From Schizosaccharomyces osmophilus (taxonomy: Eukaryota), in assembly GCF_027921745.1 (NCBI RefSeq), contig NC_079238.1, positions 434,001-498,000 on the forward strand: a DNA stretch of 64,000 nt, read 5' to 3'. This document shows, in pieces, positions 21,851 through 30,891 of this stretch; position 1 is the first letter of the stretch; each line of letters begins with the position of its first letter. Under the pieces are notes generated by a model. That model worked only from the letters and a program-made list of their open reading frames with translations. It searched no databases and had not been told where the DNA came from. The position numbers and the translations under genes are program-made.

Positions 21851-22151
21851 ATTCTACTGTTTTCTTTTCCTCCTCCCTCTCCTTCCATTCTAATACACCC
21901 TCTAGAATATTACTATGAAACTTTCTAGAACAATACATGACCTCATCCACCAATCCTCCTCGTCCCTATTATTTCTAGCTACTTTTGTGTTTTGTCGTCT
22001 GCCAAACACTTTTTTTCTCCGTCTCGTTTCTGCTCTGCTCTGTAGTTGATTTCTCCTTTTCCTTTTTCTTTTTCTTTTTTTTTTCCCACACATCTTTCGT
22101 GATTGTATTGGATTCTACTCTTGATTTCTTTTTCTTTTTCTATTTCTTTAC

Positions 22152-25085
22152 ATGGGACGTATTCTCATTGCTAATTTATTCCTACCTTCCACGGTAGGCT
22201 TTTCCTTCGATACCGTGCCCAGAGATGCAATCGGCTCGCGTTTTCTTCAGCGCGAAGATTCCAAGGATTGGATCGAGGACGCTCCCATCGATGAAAATGC
22301 CATCCTCTCCGAAGAAGACGATGAGGAAACCAACGGTGACAACGACTACTACTCTACCGATGACCATCATTATCCCCTGTATCGCTCTGATTCGGCTTCT
22401 ACCGATGATGATGATGACAATGAAAGCGCTACCGTCCTCTCGGATCTCCCTGAAGAAGTCGAGTCTTCTTCCAGACCTTCTTCCCTTCATGCTTCCACCG
22501 CTTCTATGCCCGGCATCCGTAGCCAGGCTGGTACCCCCTCTGTCCCTTCTGGTACCGGTAGCCCAAAACTAGATGACTCCCTCGGTAACCTTCAAAAGTT
22601 GCTAAAGGCAAGAGGACGTCGCCATCTCGCTTTCAACGACGAGGACGGCCTTTCTTTACCTCCCTCCCGTCATCAATCCCCTCCTCCCTCCAACGTTTTA
22701 GCTTCCTACAAACGACACAGCTCCAATGACCGCGATATGCAATCCTTTGCTCGTCGCGCCTCCCATTCCCTTTCCTTCTCCGCCGGTCATGGCACAGGTC
22801 TTAATCCCGGTCGCCGTATGACCTTTGACGCTGAAGCTTGGAAAAAAATTAGTTACCGTATCCTCCCCAATTCTTATGGTAACGCCAGCTTCTACAACGC
22901 CATCCACGCCGCCGACCGCACTGGGAAATTCGGTGAACATGTCTTCATCGGTACCTCCGGCGTCCCCACCGATTCTCTGCCCGACATGGTCAAGCAAAAA
23001 ATCTCCGATGATTATCTAACCTCTCACAATTCCATCGTCGTCTACCCCTCCGACACTGACTTTGTCGGTCATTACAACCACTACTGTAAAAATATTCTCT
23101 GGCCCACCTTCCACTACCAAATTCCCGACAATCCTAAATCCAAGGCGTATGAAGATCATTCTTGGGCCAATTATGTAAAGGTCAACCAAAATTTCGCTGA
23201 TGCTATTCTTGCAAATTATCGTGAAGGTGACATGGTTTGGATCAATGATTATCATCTTCTACTCGTTCCTCAAATCATCCGTGAAAAAATCCCTGCTGCA
23301 AATATCGGTTTCTTCTTGCATATCCCTTTCCCCTCCTCTGAGGTCAGCCGTTGTCTTGCTACCCGTCAAGAAATCCTTCACGGCATGCTTGGTGCAAATA
23401 TCCTCGGTTTCCAAATTCCAGAGTTTGCCTATCATTTCCTCCAAACTTGTTCACGCCTTATCAACATTGATATTCGCAAAGATGGAACCGTATCCTTGGA
23501 TGGTAGAAAGATAGAAATCGTCGCCCTTCCTATCTCCATCGATCCCACTTCCCTAGACAAGCAACTTCAAAGTTCCCAAGTTCAACATTGGATTCGCGTT
23601 TTGCGTGATCGCTTCAAGGGAAAGCATATCATCCTATCCCATGATAAACTTGATCCCATTTGCGGTCTTCGCTCGAAGCTTCTTTCCTTCGAAATTTTCT
23701 TGCACAGATACCCCCAGTATCGCGAAAACACCATTCTCCTTCAAATCGCTCCTGAATCCCTCCAAGATAATTTCCACTTGCCCTTAATCTCCGATATCGT
23801 AACACGAATTAATTCTTCCTATTCCAATATCGCCTCCCGTCATGTCCCTGTAATTCTCTTGAGACAAAAGATCAGTATCTACCAATTCTTGGCTCTCATG
23901 ATCCTCTCTGATGCCCTCATTGACAATTCTCTGCGTGAAGGTATCAGTTTGACGAGCCATCAATTCATTTATGCTCAACGCGAACGCCATAGGCCTTTGA
24001 TCTTGAGTGAGTTTGTTGGTAGCTCTTCCATTCTAGGTCAGAACGCCATTATCGTAAATCCTTGGGATTACTCCAACACTGCCGATGCCTTTTACAGGGC
24101 CTTGTCTATGTTGCCTGGTGAATGCGAGGAGAGAAGCAAGGTTATGTGTAACCTCATTCTTCGTCACGATGCTACTTCTTGGGCCATTACTTTTGGTACT
24201 CTCATCAAAGAATCTTGGAAGGAACAACAAGCAAATGACAAAAACAAGCTCACTTTCAGCGCTGATCTTATTCTCAATCCATACCAAAATGCTAAAAAGC
24301 GTCTTCTCTTCCTTTACCTTGAAGGTACCATCACATCTTGGGGTTCTCAAAACCAAAGTGTAACAAGTGGTTTACAGAGAACAGTAAATCTTTTGACGAA
24401 CTTGACTGCTGATCCTAAGAATATTGTCTATATTATCAGTGCTCTTGGTCGACAAGAATTAGATCAACTTTTCCAACGTGTTCCCAGATTGGGTCTTGTT
24501 GCTGAAAATGGTTGCTTCACACGTGCCCCTCCTACAGCGGATGCCTTACCTCCATCTGAGCAACAAATTGCCGCCTTATGGAAGAATGAAATCAAGAATG
24601 TTGATCTCAGTTGGATAAAGACAGTTACTGAGATTTTTGGATATTATGCTGAGCGTGCCGCAGGCAGTTACGTGGAAGAAAAGGATGCCAGTGTCGCTTT
24701 GCATTTGAGAGAGGCCGAAGATTCTGAATTTGCTTCTTGGGCAGCCAAGGAATGTTGTGAGTCGGTCAATAACTTTGATATTCCTTGCCGTGCTACAATT
24801 CAGAATGATACCGTCATTTGCCGTTCCAGCAAAGTTTCTAAACGTCTTGCTGTAGAAGATATTTACAAGTCTTATGGTGCAGACTTTGACTTTATATTTT
24901 CTGCAAGCAATGAAACAGATGATGACTCTGTTTTCCGTTGGATTGCTGGTTTCAAACACATGGGACCTAAACCTCCGTTTACGCATACCGTATACGTTGG
25001 TGATCATGATTATGGTACTTATGCTGATTCAGAAAGTTCAGGTGTTTTTGGGTTTTTGCAGGCATTTGAAAAGGTCTTTTCGTGA
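22152..25085 (+). CDS. tps3: Trehalose-6-phosphate synthase/phosphatase complex subunit (Tps3/Tsl1-like)
   Basis: GT20 motifs HYCKNILWPTFHY, VWINDYHLLLVP and GFFLHIPFPSSE; C-terminal HAD-like domain (LGLVAENGCF); long acidic/Ser-rich N-terminus. Confidence 0.9.
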   Translation: MGRILIANLFLPSTVGFSFDTVPRDAIGSRFLQREDSKDWIEDAPIDENAILSEEDDEETNGDNDYYSTDDHHYPLYRSDSASTDDDDDNESATVLSDLPEEVESSSRPSSLHASTASMPGIRSQAGTPSVPSGTGSPKLDDSLGNLQKLLKARGRRHLAFNDEDGLSLPPSRHQSPPPSNVLASYKRHSSNDRDMQSFARRASHSLSFSAGHGTGLNPGRRMTFDAEAWKKISYRILPNSYGNASFYNAIHAADRTGKFGEHVFIGTSGVPTDSLPDMVKQKISDDYLTSHNSIVVYPSDTDFVGHYNHYCKNILWPTFHYQIPDNPKSKAYEDHSWANYVKVNQNFADAILANYREGDMVWINDYHLLLVPQIIREKIPAANIGFFLHIPFPSSEVSRCLATRQEILHGMLGANILGFQIPEFAYHFLQTCSRLINIDIRKDGTVSLDGRKIEIVALPISIDPTSLDKQLQSSQVQHWIRVLRDRFKGKHIILSHDKLDPICGLRSKLLSFEIFLHRYPQYRENTILLQIAPESLQDNFHLPLISDIVTRINSSYSNIASRHVPVILLRQKISIYQFLALMILSDALIDNSLREGISLTSHQFIYAQRERHRPLILSEFVGSSSILGQNAIIVNPWDYSNTADAFYRALSMLPGECEERSKVMCNLILRHDATSWAITFGTLIKESWKEQQANDKNKLTFSADLILNPYQNAKKRLLFLYLEGTITSWGSQNQSVTSGLQRTVNLLTNLTADPKNIVYIISALGRQELDQLFQRVPRLGLVAENGCFTRAPPTADALPPSEQQIAALWKNEIKNVDLSWIKTVTEIFGYYAERAAGSYVEEKDASVALHLREAEDSEFASWAAKECCESVNNFDIPCRATIQNDTVICRSSKVSKRLAVEDIYKSYGADFDFIFSASNETDDDSVFRWIAGFKHMGPKPPFTHTVYVGDHDYGTYADSESSGVFGFLQAFEKVFS

Positions 25086-25598
25086 TTGTTTTCATTTGCT
25101 CTTTATATAGTTTTTCTCCTTCTGTTGCATCCGTTTCCGTCGATATGAAAGGACTGAATGTTTATTAATATTTAACGAAACCTGAGTTTCCAAAAAGAGA
25201 AATATTACAAAGTGATAAGTGTAGGTGTTTTAACACATAGACACACATAGAGGAATAAATTAAGCACATACATGTTAACAAAGGAATATAGGATTCGAAA
25301 ATGAAAATGAGCATATGGTCAAATCTTGGTTGGAAGGGAAAAAACTAGTAATATAAACTGTTTGTAAAAGCAAAAAAAAAAAAAAAAAAAAAAACAAAAA
25401 AAAACAAAAATTGTTTCTTTACTTTACTGCCACTATCCTGAAGTCGATTGTTTCAAGTTAGAAAGAAAACATAAAAGTATATACAAACGGTGAAACCCTT
25501 CGTATAAAGGTACTACGATTGTTGTAGACAAAGAGTATTAAAAATGGAAAAGAAAGAAACAATATTAACAAAAAGGCCAACAAGAATGTAAAACGGAC

Positions 25599-26219
25599 TC
25601 AAGATAGCTGCAGTCTGTCACAGATAGTTCCTTGGTGAGTTTTCAAGTTCACTTGGACTAATTCAAGGAAAGAAGGGTTTTCCCACTTCACATCGCTGAT
25701 GCAAGATAATGTCGAAAAAGGATCAGACGTACCCCAATAACCTTTAACAGAATTTGCATAAACCAGTGGCATGTAGGGTTCTACACTCTCAGTAGAATGA
25801 TCCTCGTTTACAAGCTCATAAGCGGCCTGTTGAAGTTCATCCAATGCTGGTGTGCGTGCTATCTGAATATAAACACGATCAAAGTAAGTGTTGCCAAGAG
25901 CCACGTTTCCAAATTTTATGTCCATGGGAGAAGCCTTCTTTGAAGCAATATGCCTTAAAACACTAGTAAAGGACTGGTCTGCTTTCAAATGAATCCCGCG
26001 AGCAAGTGTCACATGGGGAGCAGTGGGAAGTCGCATTTTTTCAAAATCTTCTTCGTGAGACAGGGCCCAGTCAGTGAATCTACGATATCTCAATTCGATA
26101 TCTGAAGAATAAGCAGGAACAACCCAGATGCAGTAAACATACTCATCTGGAGAAGCTACAGCTCCTGGACTGTCGGTTCGATCTTCCATGCCAGAAGGGA
26201 ATTCCCTTCCAGATTGCAT
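25599..26219 (-). CDS. 2',3'-cyclic-nucleotide phosphodiesterase-like (2H superfamily, Cpd1-like)
   Basis: YCIWVVP, PHVTL and GNTYFDRVYI motifs of fungal/plant CPDases; first ATG at 26219. Confidence 0.78.
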   Translation of the reverse strand: MQSGREFPSGMEDRTDSPGAVASPDEYVYCIWVVPAYSSDIELRYRRFTDWALSHEEDFEKMRLPTAPHVTLARGIHLKADQSFTSVLRHIASKKASPMDIKFGNVALGNTYFDRVYIQIARTPALDELQQAAYELVNEDHSTESVEPYMPLVYANSVKGYWGTSDPFSTLSCISDVKWENPSFLELVQVNLKTHQGTICDRLQLS

Positions 26220-26508
26220 TTTCGGCAAAAGATGAAAATAATGAGACAGAAGTAAAAAAATCTTACAAAAAGATTAAGCTTTCAATGTAGTTGGACGAGT
26301 ATTATAGAAAATCAATCAATAGCAAAAAAAGCTTGGGAAATATTGTTTACTGTCCGAAATAAATAAATGACAACCAAATGTCAGTTTAATATAAACAATA
26401 GGTAACGAAGTTCGCTATACGGAACTTTAATGTACGCGCTAATATTGAAAGGCTAGCTAGGTTCGTGGCTCTTATAAGTCGTTTCGAGGGTGGGAAAACA
26501 TTGATATA

Positions 26509-26517
26509 ATGACGTCA
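26509..26517. promoter_or_regulatory. CRE / M26 site (ATGACGTCA), Atf1-Pcr1 type
   Basis: Perfect TGACGTCA palindrome containing the M26 heptamer ATGACGT, about 290 nt upstream of the CPDase-like gene. Confidence 0.7.
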
Positions 26518-26575
26518 CTTTTAATATTTACGTATGGAGATGTTGGAGATGTAAATAAATAAATAGAAACAAGAG

Positions 26576-26577
<2 letters not shown>

Positions 26578-26606
<29 letters not shown>
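26578..26606. repeat. Poly(dA) tract, 29 nt
   Basis: Uninterrupted A29. Other long A/T tracts lie near 13445, 25372, 46396 and 46737. Confidence 0.9.
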
Positions 26607-26608
<2 letters not shown>

Positions 26609-26954
26609 CCAAGGTCTCAAATCAAAAGAGTTAATTTAATGGGGGTTTTTCTCTTTTCTGACATATTTACTACCTTTTGTTTCCCTTTTTTCTGAAGATC
26701 CATGAATCCTGGCCTTTTATTGTGTTTGTGCCGAAAAAGAATTCTATGTTGTCTGACTAACAAAGAGAGAAAGAATAAGAGATGAATTTCAATCTCGATT
26801 TATAATTATTTTACATATATATTGCATGTTTACTGTACAAACAAATGTTGGTTACAAAAAAGGTATGAATACCGTAGTCTACTTTCTCACCAGTTGGCAA
26901 GGTCACATATCCAAAAGTTTCATTCAAACAAGTTTCTTTCTAAAATTAAAAGTT

Positions 26955-29055
26955 TCAAGTCTTTTGTTCTTTTGTTCTGGACTTGCTAAAAGAAGTTCGA
27001 GAACTGCGCTTTCTGCTTCGTCCGGACGATCCAGTGGAGGGTACGCTCTTTTGAGAATAATCAATAACAAACTCGTCAAAATCAATTCTATCACGAAGAA
27101 TAGAAAGCGCTATTATCTCCATTTTAAACACGCGTAGACCCGTAGCAAACATGTTGTAACCCTCTGCATCGTTTGCCGGTAAGCCCAAAATTACCACTTG
27201 TGGGTTCTGAGCTTCTTGTATGTCTTCAACAATCTAAAATTATGTTAGTATAAAAGTGACTTTAACAAAAATTTCAGTAAGCACTTACTTTGGCACCAGA
27301 TGTTTGAATGATGGAGTATAGTCCTTGAAGAGAATCACCTACCATGGAACTCCGCATAGCTGTGGTAATATAAAACTTCAATCCCTCTAAACAATGCCTT
27401 TTGTGAACGTTTATCAATGAAAACTTCCATTTTTCTTCTGCCTGCTGGTCTTCGTATATATAATCATTGTAATTTAGTAGCGAGCCTTCTTTCATAGAAT
27501 CCAGTATATACTTAGAAGAAACTGCTGGTTTTCCAAGAGAAGTTGCCAACAAAAATTTATGCGTTCTGCGAAGAGGTGGAGACCCAAGAATAATACAATT
27601 TGTTGCGTCCGTAACAGAATCTTGAATTTTGATAGCTTTTTTTCTCGCAAAAGCTTGCATGGGTTTTGTTAAATTAAAGCTTGAAGTAACAATATTGATT
27701 CCCTCCGAATGCAATTGAGAACCCTTGTGTTCATGTTCTTCATTTGATCCAGCGGACGATGGAAACGTATAATTCGTCAGAGGAATCTCTTCCTCCTCTT
27801 TTTCTTGCTCTTGTCCCTCTACATCTTTTGTTTCATTTTCTTCTGTTTCCTGTAGGATTTGCTGACCTGTATGTACTTCCTCTTGATTTTCTTCAATATC
27901 CTTTTTTCTCGCTGGGCTTGGATTCGATACATCAGCAGCGACATATTCTGGAACTTTTTCCACATTATGAGCTTCTTCTTTGTTTGAATTACTTTCTGAT
28001 TCTGTTGTATCAGGGTCTGTCTGTTGATGATCGTAAATAATTTTTCCTTGCTTTTCCTGTGATGGTATCCTTTCCTTAGCAAATTGCTGGTCTACTTTTT
28101 CTGGTGATTCTCTGTTTTCAAATATATTTATTTCGGCAGGGGTAGAGGGTATATTGTTTTCTTCTTCGTTCATTGTGTCGGATCCTGGAGCGGCCGCTTG
28201 CTCGAAAGAATGATTGGATTCCACCCGATCAATTCTTCCTTCATCAGCTTCACCATTTTCTTTTAGGTCAGAATCATAAACTGAAGATACGGTATCTTGA
28301 TTTTGGTTGGAATCTGTCTCTTCCTCATTTTTCGCAGGCATCGTTGTTTCATTTACTGGGGCGTCCGTGGAGTTTTTTTCATTCGATTGGGATTCCGGTA
28401 TATTCTGATCAAACAACGCTCTTTCCAAATCAAGCGTCGTCGTTTCCGAAGCAATATGCGAGAGCTGACCGGAAGGAGTCGACTTTTGTTTTCCCCATAC
28501 CGGTTGAAGTTTACTTTCAGATTTTGTGTCAAAAACAAACGGCTTGTTTACCCTGGGCTCTGTGAGGGAAGTTAGTTCAGGCTGAGAAGGCTTTTGTGGT
28601 GTATTTGGAATCTATATTACAGAAATTAGCATTGAACACATCTTGCTAGTACAAAACTTACTGTCGTAGTCCCCGTTTTAAAACTATTATTAACACCTTC
28701 GGAAGATGTAAATGAACTTGTAGGTAAAACGGTCGTTTTTATGTCATTAATATACAGTGTCTAAAAGTTAGCACTCACTGATTCAACAGCGTCTTTGTGG
28801 AAATAGCAAGACTGTTCATACTTCATTCAAGGGAATATAATAAAAGAACTTTTTTTCACTAGGCGAAGGAAGCAATCGGATTGTTTGAAAAGTTGCCTTA
28901 GACTGAATGTTGCGAAAGAATACCTGGCCATCTTGAATATATATTTCGGCAATAGAGTCTGCACTTTCAAATTGATTCACATTATAATCGTAAACGTTTA
29001 TAAATCCCCCATATCGATAAAGGTTTTGTCGTCTATCCCCGATTTGAATCTCCAT
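26955..29055 (-). CDS. mdb1: FHA- and tandem-BRCT-domain DNA damage protein Mdb1, 4 exons
   Basis: Introns 28761-28821, 28612-28661 and about 27235-27288 join the ORFs in frame; acidic linker; BRCT motif LRRTHKFLLATSLGKPAVS; recalled synteny. Confidence 0.82.
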
Positions 29056-29179
29056 CTCAACCAAATTGAATGAAGTCGCAAAAAAACCCTTCCTTTTGGT
29101 GGTAAATAATTCGTAAATTTACCAGAATTTTGTAAAAGAAAAGAAAACAATTTTTGGCCTTGGAAGTTTGCTTTCTAGA

Positions 29180-30585
29180 ATGAATTACTTTGGTACAAGG
29201 ATAGTGTTACAGAATAGGTGTGCATCAGCACGACCAAAAGTCCTTCGGTCGTTTTCAAGTTGTCAGGCTTTTCTTGCAAACCAAAATGTATCCAGAAATC
29301 GTTTGGGACGTCCTGGAAATCATTTAAAAATAGGTATTGTTGGGATGCCCAATATAGGAAAGTCAACACTTTTGTAAGTGAATAAAGACATTAGGAAGGA
29401 ATTCTTTCCAATATGTCAATACTAATTTTATTTGATAATAATAAAAAAAAAATAAAGATCTATTCGACTAACGCGAATATTCTAGCCAAATGCTAACCAA
29501 GACGAACCTTGGCAAACCGGCGAATTGTGAGTAAAAAATCAATTATTTAGTAATTACAATCTAATCCTTTACTAACCTTCGATGCAGACCCTTTCGCAAC
29601 TATTGACCCCGTTTCTGCAAAAGTGCCGGTTCCTGATCCTAGGTACGAGTTGCTATGCGAAAGAATGAAACCAGAAAAACGGATTCCAGCTCAGTTGACA
29701 GTTTATGACACTGCAGGGCTTGTACGGAATGCGAGCAAAGGACAAGGATTGGGAAACGCATTTCTGTCCAACATTCGAACCGTGGATGCCATATTTCAAC
29801 TTGTCAGAGCCTTTCCTGAACCCGATGTCACTCATGTTGAAGAAACGGTGGATCCTCTTCGAGATTTACAAATTATTCAAGAGGAACTTCTTTTGAAGGA
29901 TGCAGAATTCGTAGAGTCATTTCTAAAGAAAGAAAGCCGATCCTCTAAAGTACCAGCTAAAGCGAAGGAAGTCGCAAAAAAGGTTTTACAATGTGTGTTA
30001 GATAACGGCTGTCCTGTTTCCAAATGCTCTTGGTTGGACGAGGAAGTACCTTTTCTGAATTCTTTTAACTTGCTTACTGCCAAACCCGTTGTATATCTAG
30101 TTAATATGGATGAAGACGATTTCTTACAAAAAAATAAGGAGCCTCTCCAAAGAATTGAAGCCTGGGTTAAGAAACATAGTACTGGAGACACCATTCTTCC
30201 TCTATCTGTCATTTTCGAAGAACAGCTTTTTCTGCTTTCGCCTGAGGAATTGGAAGAGGAATGCTCCAACTTGCACGTTTCTAGTCAGTTGCCCAAAATC
30301 ATCCAATCTGGATATTCTGCTCTTTCCCTAATGCATTACTTTACGGCGGGAAACAGCATCGTTCAAGCCTGGACGATTCCAGTGGAGACAAAGGCTCCCG
30401 ACGCTGCTGGAGCCATCCACACAGATTTCAAGAAGAAGTTTGTCGCTGGCGAAATCACCGACTTTGAGGATTTTCAAAATTATGGTACATTAGAAGCCTG
30501 TAAAGCAATCGGAAAGAGTGTTGTTAAAGGAAAAGATTATGTTGTTCAACCAGGCGATATTATATATTGGAGAATTGCACGATAA
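29180..30585 (+). CDS. Mitochondrial Obg-family YchF/Ola1-like ATPase (Ylf2-like); introns 29374-29485 and 29527-29587
   Basis: GIVGMPNIGKST, ANYPFATIDP across the splice, DTAGL and GLGNAFL; G4 is NMDE (NxxE type); C-terminal TGS domain; basic N-terminal presequence. Confidence 0.9.
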
Positions 30586-30891
30586 AGCTCTTTCAGCTTT
30601 TTATAAAAAACAGTTTGGGCCATGACTACAATATTTTGCAAATAAAAAATACACCCACTTTTGGAATTCATTTTCTGTTTGTATTTTAATTTGTTTACTA
30701 ACGCTTAAGAAGGTGTGCTTAATAAGGAATTACAACTGTTCCTCGACCTCCCTATTTGTTGAGTATAACACGTATATCAGACGTAGGAATAGCAATTGTT
30801 TTCAAAGTACCAAATTTTTCTCTTTCAAGGTAAATTCTTTATTCAATTTTTCGGGTTTGAACAAGGAAATCATTTTATATTTTAGTGAAAC

